Translations under genes and position numbers: made by a program
Shown here: in pieces, positions 40,412 to 50,313 of the stretch
Layout of the letters: each line of letters begins with the position of its first letter
Position numbering within the stretch: the first letter of the stretch is position 1
Notes under the pieces: model-generated
Databases searched by the model: none
Seen by the model: the letters and a program-made list of their open reading frames with translations, nothing else
What the model was told of the DNA's origin: nothing
From: Thainema sp.
GTDB lineage: Bacteria; Cyanobacteriota; Cyanobacteriia; Phormidesmidales; Phormidesmidaceae
DNA: 57,957 bases
Assembly: GCA_052168235.1 (NCBI GenBank)
Contig: JBQLZK010000050.1
Span: 1 to 57,957 of the forward strand
Direction: 5' to 3'

Positions 40412-41095
40412 ATGCAGACTGAAGCGTTCAGTGAGCTATTTCCGCTCTTCAATGCCGCAAATCCAGAGACTCTAGATTGGCTACTTTCCATTGCCACCGA
40501 GCATGAGTATCCAGCCAATCGAGCGGTGCTGATGGAAGATGCTTGGGGTAATGCCGTATATTTTATTGAATCCGGCTGGGTTAAAGTCCGGCGGCATAGT
40601 GGGGACGAGGTCTTGACGCTGGCAATTTTAGGGCGAGGCGACTTTTTTGGCGAAATGGCCATTTTGGACGAGTCCCCCCGATCAACCGATGTGATCGCCT
40701 TATCTGCTGTGCGTTTGCTCAGTGTTTCCGCTCAACGCTTTATTCAAACCCTCTTCAAAGACTCCCAACTGCACCATCGGATGCTGCAACTGATGGTGCG
40801 TCGTTTACGCCAAACCAATATTCGCTTCCAATTGCGCCATCAACCGCCCGCCGTTAAGCTCGCTAACACACTAGTAGCTTTGGGTGAAAGCTTTGGCCAA
40901 TCAACGGGTACCGGCATTGATATCTTTAATATTCCTTATCAAGACTTGGCTGATATCAGCGATATCAAGGTTGAGGAAGCAGCCAAAATTATGGAAAAGC
41001 TGGATAGCAAGGGCTGGATTTCACTCAATGAAGAGACTCAAATCTTATCACTGCTCCATATGAAGCAGCTTACGCATTTAGCTGGCTATGTCTAA
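40412..41095 (+). CDS. Crp/Fnr-family transcriptional regulator
   Basis: cNMP domain YFIESGWVKV...FFGEMAILDESPRST and C-terminal HTH. Confidence 0.9.
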   Translation: MQTEAFSELFPLFNAANPETLDWLLSIATEHEYPANRAVLMEDAWGNAVYFIESGWVKVRRHSGDEVLTLAILGRGDFFGEMAILDESPRSTDVIALSAVRLLSVSAQRFIQTLFKDSQLHHRMLQLMVRRLRQTNIRFQLRHQPPAVKLANTLVALGESFGQSTGTGIDIFNIPYQDLADISDIKVEEAAKIMEKLDSKGWISLNEETQILSLLHMKQLTHLAGYV

Positions 41096-41277
41096 CTTCA
41101 GTTGAGGCTGAGTAGCCCACTGAGTTAGCGCTCAAATGCTCAGAGCTTCGGATAATTGATCCGACTGAATCTATAAAGATTGAAAACTTCGGTGGAAGAT
41201 AGGAGATCCCCGTGCTAAAAGGTTGGTATTAACTTGAGAATAAACTCTCTTAATCCTGCTGGCTTGAGGATATTTTT

Positions 41278-41766
41278 ATGACGCTCCAAACACCTCCACC
41301 CCCTCCAATTTCTCCCCGCCAGATGAATTTGTTGCGAATTGTTTCATCTATGGCATGGTCGGATGGGCATCTCGCTGAAGAAGAAGTTGATTTGATGCTG
41401 GATCGCTTCAGCCGTTTATTTGCAAAAGATACCAATCAGCAGCAAAAGCTTTACCAAGATCTGCAAGACTATGTAACTCAAAATATTCCACTAGAGGAAT
41501 TAACGCCTAAGCTGACAAGCGAGGCTGAGAAAGAATTGGTTTTGCGTTTAGGATACGAAGTTATTGGCTCTAGCGCTCGAACTCCTGAGGAAGACAAGAT
41601 CAACGAAGAAGAAGCGGCTGCTTACCAACAGTTGGTGAAGCTGTTGGGATTGCCGTCAGAAACAGTAGAGCGAGTTGAAACTGAGGCCAAGGCTGAATTG
41701 GCAGGGAACGATAATATTATTGAGATTTTAGCTCAGCAAATTAAATCGTTCATTGATCACTCTTAA
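41278..41766 (+). CDS. TerB-family protein
   Basis: MAWSDGHLAEEEVDLM...DKINEEEAAAYQQLVKLLGL TerB-like pattern. Confidence 0.75.
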   Translation: MTLQTPPPPPISPRQMNLLRIVSSMAWSDGHLAEEEVDLMLDRFSRLFAKDTNQQQKLYQDLQDYVTQNIPLEELTPKLTSEAEKELVLRLGYEVIGSSARTPEEDKINEEEAAAYQQLVKLLGLPSETVERVETEAKAELAGNDNIIEILAQQIKSFIDHS

Positions 41767-41819
41767 GCAAATCCATATCTGCCTGGTTCTAAGCGCGCGT
41801 AGCGCTATGTTTCGCAAAC

Positions 41820-41897
41820 TGAGAACTCAAAGCGGCGATTTTGCTAGCGCATCACGGTGGCAAAGTCGCCGCTTTGGGTTTGGAGTGCAAAATGTGA
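41820..41897. repeat. Palindromic MITE-like repeat, family B copy 2
   Basis: TGAGAACTCAAAGCGGCGATTTTGC...GCAAAGTCGCCGCTTTGGG...GTGCAAAATGTGA aligns by eye with 33171-33247. Confidence 0.65.
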
Positions 41898-42139
41898 ATA
41901 AGAACCTATCCGAATATCTCGCTTTGGTCGCGACACACTAGGGGTTTGAGAGGGTTTCCGGATAGGCTCTAAACAGGTATCAGCTTGATTAAAAAATAGA
42001 GGGCACTATTTCGACGCCCTCCTGTTTTTCTATTCTGGCCTTTGGAATTTTCAGAATTAGATTTTTCTGTCTTCACTCCCAAAATATTACTAAAAAGCAG
42101 ATGTTGATTTCTGGGGATTTATCAACAATATTTTGGTGG

Positions 42140-42190
42140 GTTTTGATAGTTGATATGCCACTCTTTGCGCGGCACGTCAATCATCAAAAC
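42140..42190. repeat. Palindromic dispersed repeat, family A copy 2 (degenerate)
   Basis: GTTTTGATAGTTGATATGCC...GCGCGGCACGTCAATCATCAAAAC matches 8844-8894; flanks match in inverted orientation. Confidence 0.7.
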
Positions 42191-42378
42191 TGATTTGACA
42201 ATAATTTAATAGAAAGATGTTCTAAGGACTTACGCCTTACGCAAACAAAAGCTAATAAAATCAGTTTTTATTTTTAGGCAGGGGTATTATTCTGCATAAG
42301 CTCCTCTGCCTTAGAGATAGAGGGCTGTAGTTTAGAGCGATTAACGTTCATCTTTGTTGGATAAGCTCCACCCAATCT

Positions 42379-45300
42379 ATGATGAAACCTTCTATCCAGC
42401 CTGCATTGTCTTTACTCTCAATTGGTGCCGTGAGTGGCGTTATTAGTGCGATCGCAACTGCTGCACCTCCAGTACTTGCCCAAGTGGATGCCGTATTTGA
42501 TGGCACAATGGGACCAGCCGGAAGATTAAACGGTGGCGTGGTTCTGCCTAGCCAAGGCACCACAAACGGCACGAACCTCTTCCATAGTTTTTCCCGGTTC
42601 AATGTGTTCAACGGTGCCACAGTGACATTTAACAGCGGTGGCGCGAACAACATTGTGACACGGGTGACAGGGAATACATCTTCCATTATTGATGGTACAC
42701 TCAGCGCCGACGCCAATTTCTTCTTTATCAATCCCTCCGGCATCATTTTCCAAGACGAAGCGCAACTTGATATCAATGGTTCGTTTGTGGCCACGACTAC
42801 TGATGGGGTATACGGCGGTAATCGAGTTAATCAACAATTTAATGCCCGCACAGGTAATCTACTCACCTTCAATGGTGATCCCAGCGGTTTTTTGGCGTCT
42901 CAAGCAACACCCGGTGATATTCAAGTCAATGGCAGTTCGCTGAGCGTTAATCCGGGCGAGAATCTGATGCTGTTAGGCGGAAACGTTACGCTGAATAGTG
43001 CAACATTAACGGCTCCAGGTGGATTTATTGAAATTGGTAGTTCTGCGGGCAACACTCCAATTTCATTAGCCCCAAATGCATCTTTTGATAATGCCTTTAC
43101 CTTTGGCTTTGAAGATAACACTAATCGCTTAAATGTTTCAGTTGGCAATAATTCTCTGCTTAATGTTGCCATGACCAATGATGCAGTTGCTACCGGTATA
43201 ACTAGTGGCGGTAGCCTCAGAATTACGGCAGAAAATATTACCGTTAATCGTAGTACGATTTGCGGAGGAATTGGAACAACGGCTGATGGGGCATGCGGTG
43301 TTCCTGAAGCCGTCAATGCGAATGAAGCTGGTAATTTAGTGCTAGCTGCAACAGGAACGGTCGCTATTAGTGGAGAAAGCTTAATTACGAATCGAATTGC
43401 CGAGAACTCTTCTGGAACGAGCGAAACCATACTTGAAGCGATAGAAGATCCGGTCAGCGCAAGATTTTTTGGTTCAATTGTAATTGGTGGTGATTCGATT
43501 CAAATTAGTAACAGCACTACCAGCACAAGCACGTTTGGGAATGGAAATGCCGGAGCTATATTTTTGCTAGCTGATGGGAATATTCAAGTTGACAATAGTG
43601 GAATTTTTAGCCAAGTTGTTGCTGGCGCGCAGGGCAATTCTGGAATTATCTTAGCGATTTCAGATTCTGCTACATTTAATCGCTCTAGTATTATTTCAAG
43701 TACCGCAGGCAGCAATAGTGGCAGTGCGGCGGGTGGAATTGGTATTCAAACGACTGGAGCCCTGACCTTTTCGGATGACAGTTTGATTTTTAGCAATATT
43801 GAATCTGGCGCTGCAAATGGTATTGGTGGAGCTGTTGTGATTGAAGCAGGATCACTCAAGCTGTTGAGTGGTAGCCAAGTCCAAACGCTGGTGCGCGAGG
43901 CGGCAGACGGTCTGCCAGCTGCACGTGGCAATGCAGGTAGGATTGAAATTAATGTCGAGGGAGCAACGGCTATTTCCGGAAATAGCCGTGTGAATGGCTT
44001 GCCTAGCGGCATTTTCAGCATTGTAGGAGAAGGCGCAGAGGGGAATGGCGGAGTAATCGAGCTTAGTTCTGGTTCCCTTGCAATTAGTGGTGGACGAATT
44101 GGGACGGATATTTTTGGTATTGGCAATGCGGGTGTCGTTCTGATCGCAGTAGATGGAACGACAGAGCTAAAAAATGGTGGCATTATCAGTAGCGTAGTTG
44201 GCTCTGGTGGAGTTACAAGTGCGCCGACCGGAAGTAGCTTTTCAGGGGATGAGATTGGCGTTGTTGAAGAAGCAGGAATTGAAGAAGCAATTGGAGCGAT
44301 TTTCATCAGCACTGGGGCTCTTTCTTTGAGTAATGAATCGGCAATTAGTACAAGTACCTTTGGTCAAGGAGATGCTGGTGGCATTTTGATCTTCTCTGAA
44401 GGAACTGTTTTCTTAACTTCGGGAAGTGCGATCGCAAGTGCTGTGGATCAAGGGCTACAGCAGTCCAGCGGTATTATTTTAATCATTGCGAATGATATCG
44501 GCGTTGTCGGTGGCTCTATCATCAGTGTCGAAAATCAAGGACTGGGTGAAGCTGGAAACTTGTTCTTGCTTGCCAATGAACTACTGGTTGTAGAGACGGC
44601 TGATAGCATTAATTCACTTTTTCCTAGTCAACTATCGGCGACGACTGAAGACGGTTCTCAAGCTAACATCAGCATTTTTGCACCGCTGCTCGTCCTAGCA
44701 GGTGGTAGCGAAATCACGACGGATGCAGGCGTCGGCGATGGCGGTAATATTACAATCCTGTCATCGTTCGTTTATGGTACTCCCTTCGCGGATAACAACA
44801 TTGTGGCACGGGCAATTCAAGGCCGTGGCGGTAACATTACCATCCAGGGAGCCCTAGGAATTGAATTTACGCTGTTGCGAGATATTGATGAGCGAATTCG
44901 AGATTTCGGGACCAGTAACGATATTACGGCAGCATCTGAGTTTGGGATTAATGGCAGCGTTACGCTGAATGCGCTGCAAATTGATCCGGTGCGGGAGTCA
45001 GAAGATTTGCCACAGGATGTCGTGGATGTATCGCGGCTAGTGGCACAGGGCTGTGCAGCAGGTAGTATTCCAGACGTGAGTAATATTGGGGAACTGTTTA
45101 TCAGAGGGCGGGGCGGATTGCCGCAGAACCCGGAACAGGTGCTGGGTAGTGGTATAACCGCGACTGACTTGGTGACGCTAGATTCCGCCGTGGGAGCTTC
45201 ATCAGATGCAGAAGATGCAGAAGATGCAGAACTAATTGCTGAACCGCCTGCCACTGAATCAGCGGCAGATGCAGTCGTTGAAACTAATGACACAGACAAC

Positions 45301-45489
45301 ACCAATGCTGTGACCAGTGCGATCGCAATTCATCGCAATCCGGGGATGCAGGCGATCACAACGCCTGTGATTGAAGCCCAAGGTTTTCAGTTAGATAAAG
45401 ATGGTACGGTTCAGCTAGTTTCCCAAGCAGCGGACACAATGCCTGCCCAGCCAGTCTTTAGAACGCTTACCTGTCGCGATATTAATTAA
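42379..45489 (+). CDS. Filamentous haemagglutinin-family two-partner secretion passenger (TpsA)
   Basis: Signal peptide; TPS domain NLFHSFSRFNV, NIVTRVTG, FFINPSGIIF; Gly-rich beta-helix repeats; C-terminal QGC...GRGGLP...IEAQG...C. Confidence 0.93.
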   Translation: MMKPSIQPALSLLSIGAVSGVISAIATAAPPVLAQVDAVFDGTMGPAGRLNGGVVLPSQGTTNGTNLFHSFSRFNVFNGATVTFNSGGANNIVTRVTGNTSSIIDGTLSADANFFFINPSGIIFQDEAQLDINGSFVATTTDGVYGGNRVNQQFNARTGNLLTFNGDPSGFLASQATPGDIQVNGSSLSVNPGENLMLLGGNVTLNSATLTAPGGFIEIGSSAGNTPISLAPNASFDNAFTFGFEDNTNRLNVSVGNNSLLNVAMTNDAVATGITSGGSLRITAENITVNRSTICGGIGTTADGACGVPEAVNANEAGNLVLAATGTVAISGESLITNRIAENSSGTSETILEAIEDPVSARFFGSIVIGGDSIQISNSTTSTSTFGNGNAGAIFLLADGNIQVDNSGIFSQVVAGAQGNSGIILAISDSATFNRSSIISSTAGSNSGSAAGGIGIQTTGALTFSDDSLIFSNIESGAANGIGGAVVIEAGSLKLLSGSQVQTLVREAADGLPAARGNAGRIEINVEGATAISGNSRVNGLPSGIFSIVGEGAEGNGGVIELSSGSLAISGGRIGTDIFGIGNAGVVLIAVDGTTELKNGGIISSVVGSGGVTSAPTGSSFSGDEIGVVEEAGIEEAIGAIFISTGALSLSNESAISTSTFGQGDAGGILIFSEGTVFLTSGSAIASAVDQGLQQSSGIILIIANDIGVVGGSIISVENQGLGEAGNLFLLANELLVVETADSINSLFPSQLSATTEDGSQANISIFAPLLVLAGGSEITTDAGVGDGGNITILSSFVYGTPFADNNIVARAIQGRGGNITIQGALGIEFTLLRDIDERIRDFGTSNDITAASEFGINGSVTLNALQIDPVRESEDLPQDVVDVSRLVAQGCAAGSIPDVSNIGELFIRGRGGLPQNPEQVLGSGITATDLVTLDSAVGASSDAEDAEDAELIAEPPATESAADAVVETNDTDNTNAVTSAIAIHRNPGMQAITTPVIEAQGFQLDKDGTVQLVSQAADTMPAQPVFRTLTCRDIN

Positions 45490-45509
45490 ACCTACAACTC
45501 AGTCTAGAC

Positions 45510-47300
45510 ATGACGCAGTCTGTTTTATCTCACCCGGTGTCGCTACCGCTAATTGTTGCGATCGCAGTTAGCTCTTGCCAGCTCAAAGCTTTCGCAGCCA
45601 CGCCTCACCACCTGAACTTAAGCCCTGAATCCCCTGAGCTAATGGCACAGGCAGTGCCAACTTCACCGCAGCCTCCTCGGCCAGAGCCAGCTCTGGAGCC
45701 TGAGCTAGAGTTTGAGGTGCCGGAACCCTTACCGCCACCAGAGCAACTGGTGCCGCCATCAGAAGCTGTACCCTCGCCGCTAGAGGAAACAGAGGCAGCA
45801 CCGATCACAATTGTGGTAGAGCGGTTTGAATTTGAAGGGAATACCGTTTTCACTGATCAGGAGTTGGCAGAGCTGCTAGCTCCCTACACCGGAGAGAGCA
45901 TCGCCTTTTCCCAGCTATTAGAAGCGCGATCGCAAATCACGAATGCCTATGCAGCAGCGGGATATACAACCTCTGGGGCACTGGTGCCGCCTCAAACCTT
46001 TACAGAAGGCGTGGTAACGATTCAAATCATTGAGGGACAGCTTGGTGGGATTAATATAACGGGAGTTGAACGATTAGATTCAGACTATGTGATTGACCGA
46101 CTGGCTGTTGCTGGTGATCCCCTCAATGTCGATGTTTTAGTTGAGCGGCTACAGCTGCTACAGCTTGATCCACTCATCCAAACCGTATCGGCTGAATTAT
46201 CGGCTGGGGTGCGTCCTGGTACGAGTATTTTGGATGTCGAAGTGACGGAAGCAGATTCGTTTGCGGTTGAATTTGGCATTGATAATAACCGAGTACCGAG
46301 TGTCGGCACATTTCGGCAGCGGGTAGAACTCCGAGAAGCCAATCTGCTAGGAGACGGTGAACGGTTAAGCGTGGGCTATGGCCGCACAGACGGCAGTGAT
46401 GCCTTAGAGCTAGGCTTTCAGTTTTTCACGAATCCGCGCAATAACAGTACGCTGAGCTTGCGGGCCGGATACTCCCAAAATGAGGTGGTTGAAGGAATTT
46501 TTGAGCGACTCGACCTCGATACCCGATCCTACTTCTTGGAAGCGTCCTATCGGCAGCCAATCATCCTTAAGCCTTCTGAGGAGCTAGCTTGGGGGCTGAC
46601 TCTGTCGCACCAAGAGAGCCGCAGCCAGTTTTTGGGCAGCTTCCTCGGTCGGTCGATTCCCTTTACGTCGATTAGCTCCGATGATGAGGGCCGAACGCGA
46701 GTAACGGCGCTGCGCTTCTTTCAGGACTGGACGCGACGGGGTGAGCGTGAAATTTTGTCGTTGCGATCGCAGTTTAACTTAGGGCTAGACTTACTCGAAC
46801 CAACCATTCAAAGCGATGGTCGCCCCGATAGTCGCTTTTTCTCATGGCGAGGTCAAGGGCAATGGGTGCGGCTGTTGGCTCCAGACACCATCTTTTTAGC
46901 TCGCGCTGATTTGCAGTTTGCGGATCAGGCACTTGTGCCACTGGAACAGCTTGGCCTAGGGGGATTAAACACTGTACGAGGCTATCGGCAAGATTTACTA
47001 TTAACAGATAATGGCTTCTTCGCGTCTGCGGAAGCGCGGTTTCCCATTCTGCGAGTACCAGAAATTGAAGGATTGCTGCAGATTACTCCCTTCGTTGATT
47101 TTGGTGTGGGCTGGAATAGTGAATTTATTGATCCCGATCCCAATACCTTACTATCAACGGGATTGGGCCTGCTGTGGCAGCAGGGCGATCGCCTGTCGGC
47201 TCGGCTTGATTTTGGGATTCCGCTAATTGATGTTGAATCCGTCGGCAATTCACTACAAGAAGACGGCATTTATTTTTCGATTTTGTACACGCCTTTTTAG
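45510..47300 (+). CDS. ShlB/FhaC/HecB-family TpsB outer-membrane transporter
   Basis: POTRA domain (FEFEGNTVF, GYTTSGALVPPQ, IQIIEG), LGGLNTVRGY motif, terminal aromatic residue. Confidence 0.95.
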   Translation: MTQSVLSHPVSLPLIVAIAVSSCQLKAFAATPHHLNLSPESPELMAQAVPTSPQPPRPEPALEPELEFEVPEPLPPPEQLVPPSEAVPSPLEETEAAPITIVVERFEFEGNTVFTDQELAELLAPYTGESIAFSQLLEARSQITNAYAAAGYTTSGALVPPQTFTEGVVTIQIIEGQLGGINITGVERLDSDYVIDRLAVAGDPLNVDVLVERLQLLQLDPLIQTVSAELSAGVRPGTSILDVEVTEADSFAVEFGIDNNRVPSVGTFRQRVELREANLLGDGERLSVGYGRTDGSDALELGFQFFTNPRNNSTLSLRAGYSQNEVVEGIFERLDLDTRSYFLEASYRQPIILKPSEELAWGLTLSHQESRSQFLGSFLGRSIPFTSISSDDEGRTRVTALRFFQDWTRRGEREILSLRSQFNLGLDLLEPTIQSDGRPDSRFFSWRGQGQWVRLLAPDTIFLARADLQFADQALVPLEQLGLGGLNTVRGYRQDLLLTDNGFFASAEARFPILRVPEIEGLLQITPFVDFGVGWNSEFIDPDPNTLLSTGLGLLWQQGDRLSARLDFGIPLIDVESVGNSLQEDGIYFSILYTPF

Positions 47301-47315
47301 ATTGGAGCTAGGGTT

Positions 47316-50288
47316 ATGAAGCATCGCCTCCGTTTCCTGTTCTATAGTCTACTGGCCTTACTCACGGCAAGTTGGATCGTGCTGGCTAAGCCAGGACTGA
47401 CCGATCAGCCTGCTGCTGAGCGAGCCCAATCTGTCGCGGGTTCTACCATTGATCTAGTTGTCCCACAGGTTATTGGTCAACAGCTCGATCAACAGCTTGA
47501 TCAATCTATCGATCAGCTGCAATTATCCCAAGCTAGCCAACTGGAACAAGAGGCTCGATCCGCCTATCGCAACGGTCAGTATGCTGCGGCTGTCCGAGCG
47601 TTTCAGACTGCGGCAGAGGCTTATGCGGCAGCAGGAGACAGGGTACAGCAGGCGGCCATGCTGAGCAATCTATCTCTGGCCTATCAGCAGCTAGGGGAAT
47701 GGACGACGGCAGAGGAAGCTATTACAACCGCTATTTCCCTCCTACAGCCAGATACGGTTTCAGAGCCGATTGCACGTAGTCCACAGCAGTGGTCAGCTCT
47801 GGCTCAGAGCCAGAGCATTCAGGCTCAGCTACAGTTTGCGCAGGGACAGGCAGAAGCCGCAGAAGCAACTTGGCAGCAGGCTGAGGTGGCTTATCAAGCG
47901 GCCAGTGATCTGCCGGGTATGCTGACTAGCCAAATTAACCGGGCGCAGGCGCTACAGGCAATTGGCTTCTATCCAGACGCTCTTAAGCTGCTCACATCAG
48001 TGGTAGAGGGTTTACAGGATCAACCTGATTCAGCTTTAAAGGTAATGGCACTCCAAAACTTGGGAGCGGCCCAGATCATCAACGGAGATTTAGAAACTGC
48101 GGAACATACGCTGCAGCAGAGCCTGGAACTGGCTCAACAGCTCGGTTTGGCAGATGCAGAAAGCGCGGCTTATCTGAGCCTGGGCGATTTGCAACTTCAG
48201 CGGCAACAAGCCGTTGACGGTAATGTGCCACTGACTAGTGCTCAGGTTGCCTATCAGCAAGCTGCGATCGCAGCTCAGTCTCCACTTGCCCAAGTAGACG
48301 CTCAGCTCAAGCATTTGAATAGTCTCATTCAGCTACAGCGTTGGCAGGAAGCACAGTTACTGTGGCCTGATCTGCAAAATCAGCTTGAGCAACTGCCACC
48401 GAGCCGACGCACAATCTACGCCAATATTTCTTTCGTGACGCGGCTACAGGATCTGCGAAATGGTTTGGCGACCGTTGCTCAAGCTGCATTGCAGCCTGAG
48501 TTGGCTGAGGATTCAGCCGATGGTTCAACAAGCGATGAGTTTAGTGATGAGTTTGATATTGAATTGAGTGATGAATTTGATGATGAACCTGATCGTGTTG
48601 CACCCGTTACGCTTGAAGATAGGGCATTGCTGGCTGAGCTACTAGCGCAGTTACCAACACGGCTTGAGCTGGCGCAGCAGCTTCTCCAGGTGCGGCAGCA
48701 AGCGCATCAGCTGGGCGATCAGCGGGCAGAAGCCTATATTGTCGGACAGCTAGCGCATCTGTATGAAGAAAGCGGCCAGTGGGCGGAAGCGGAGGATTTA
48801 ACTCGGCAGGCACTGGCCTTGTCCCAAAGCGGCAATGCGCCGGACGTGGTGTATCAATGGCAGTGGCAGCTCGGTCGCTTGCGGAAAGCCCAAAACGATC
48901 GGGCAGGTGCGATCGCAGCTTATAGCGAGTCAGTTGACACCCTACAGTCCCTACGCAGCGATTTGGCAGCCGCTAGTCGAGAGTTCCAGTTCTCATTCCG
49001 CAAAGATGTGGAGCCTATCTATCGTGAACTGGTGGATTTGCTGCTGTCAGGTGATGATAATCCGGAGAACCTGGCCAAGGCGAGAGAGGTAATTGAATCG
49101 CTGCAGCTAGCGGAACTGGATAACTATTTTCGAGAAGCCTGTCTGGATGCCAACCCCGTGCAAGTTGACGAGATTGATCAGCAGGCGGCTGTCGTCTATA
49201 CCGTTGTCTTGCCTGAGCGGCTGGAGGTGCTGGTTCGCTTGCCGAATGAGGAATGGATTCATCACTCAGAACCTGTCGCGCAGACCACATTAACCGCAAC
49301 TGTGAACCAACTAGTAGAGCACCTGTCAGATCCCTTCAACATTTCATCTACAAGTTTTTCACAGCCTGAGCAAGACGGTTCCAGTGATGATGCAGTCGGG
49401 TTTGAAATCAGACCTGTTGGCGATCCGCAGGCATTTATGCGCGATGCCCAGCAGCTTTATAACTGGCTGATTCAACCCATTGCCGCCGATTTAGCAGCCG
49501 CTCAACCTCAAACGCTGGTGTTCGTCTTAGATGACCAACTGCGCAAAGTGCCGATGTCCGTACTGCATGACGGGAATCAGTATTTGATTGAGCAATATGC
49601 GATCGCACTTACACCTGGGCTTCAGCTCCTGGAAGCGGCTCCGCTGGCTCAGCGTGAGGTGCGAGCCATTGTAGCTGGACTGAGTGAAGAGCGGAAAGGT
49701 GTGGCCGTTGGTCGAGACGTGATTGATTTTCCGCAGTTGGATGCGGTGAAAGCTGAAGTTGAAACCATTCGCTCCCTGGTATCGAGTGAAGTTCTACTGA
49801 ACGAAGAGTTTGAGGCTGAACGGTTAGAACGTACCGTATCGCGCCTGCCGTTTCCGGTTGTTCATCTGGCAACGCACGGTGTGTTTAGCTCAGATCTAGA
49901 GAACACGTTTGTTCTAACCTGGGACGGCAAACTCAACGCCAATCAGCTGAGCGCCCTGCTGCAATCCAGTGAATTAATTCGAGATGGTGCAGTCGAACTT
50001 CTGGTATTAAGCGCTTGTGAAACCGCGACAGGAGACGATCGAGCTGCTCTGGGGCTAGCTGGAATTGCGGTGCGCTCTGGGGCTCGGAGTACCCTGGCTA
50101 CACTGTGGCAGGTGAATGATACCGGAACCGCACAGTTCATGCAAAAGGTATACCAATCGCTGAGCGATACGACCCTGACCAAAGCCGAAATTGTTCGCCA
50201 AGCCCAGATTGAGCTGATCAATAGCGACAGCTATCTCAATCATCCTTTCATCTGGGCACCGTTTGTTCTAATTGGAAACTGGATTTAG
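47316..50288 (+). CDS. TPR-CHAT domain protease with N-terminal signal peptide
   Basis: TPR array, LQLAELDNYF, LYNWLIQP, catalytic VHLATHG and VLSACETA, LATLWQVND, HPFIWAPFVLIGNW. Confidence 0.95.
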   Translation: MKHRLRFLFYSLLALLTASWIVLAKPGLTDQPAAERAQSVAGSTIDLVVPQVIGQQLDQQLDQSIDQLQLSQASQLEQEARSAYRNGQYAAAVRAFQTAAEAYAAAGDRVQQAAMLSNLSLAYQQLGEWTTAEEAITTAISLLQPDTVSEPIARSPQQWSALAQSQSIQAQLQFAQGQAEAAEATWQQAEVAYQAASDLPGMLTSQINRAQALQAIGFYPDALKLLTSVVEGLQDQPDSALKVMALQNLGAAQIINGDLETAEHTLQQSLELAQQLGLADAESAAYLSLGDLQLQRQQAVDGNVPLTSAQVAYQQAAIAAQSPLAQVDAQLKHLNSLIQLQRWQEAQLLWPDLQNQLEQLPPSRRTIYANISFVTRLQDLRNGLATVAQAALQPELAEDSADGSTSDEFSDEFDIELSDEFDDEPDRVAPVTLEDRALLAELLAQLPTRLELAQQLLQVRQQAHQLGDQRAEAYIVGQLAHLYEESGQWAEAEDLTRQALALSQSGNAPDVVYQWQWQLGRLRKAQNDRAGAIAAYSESVDTLQSLRSDLAAASREFQFSFRKDVEPIYRELVDLLLSGDDNPENLAKAREVIESLQLAELDNYFREACLDANPVQVDEIDQQAAVVYTVVLPERLEVLVRLPNEEWIHHSEPVAQTTLTATVNQLVEHLSDPFNISSTSFSQPEQDGSSDDAVGFEIRPVGDPQAFMRDAQQLYNWLIQPIAADLAAAQPQTLVFVLDDQLRKVPMSVLHDGNQYLIEQYAIALTPGLQLLEAAPLAQREVRAIVAGLSEERKGVAVGRDVIDFPQLDAVKAEVETIRSLVSSEVLLNEEFEAERLERTVSRLPFPVVHLATHGVFSSDLENTFVLTWDGKLNANQLSALLQSSELIRDGAVELLVLSACETATGDDRAALGLAGIAVRSGARSTLATLWQVNDTGTAQFMQKVYQSLSDTTLTKAEIVRQAQIELINSDSYLNHPFIWAPFVLIGNWI

Positions 50289-50313
50289 TGTCATAACCCG
50301 GAGTGATAGTGCT

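Noticed and set aside
40178..40475. Two 74-aa ORFs upstream of the Crp gene
   Set aside because: They overlap the probable promoter and the Crp start, and have no motifs or clear RBS
42379..47300. Contact-dependent inhibition (CdiA/CdiB/CdiI) system
   Set aside because: The TpsA is only 1036 aa with no VENN/pre-toxin motif or recognisable toxin domain, and no small immunity gene follows
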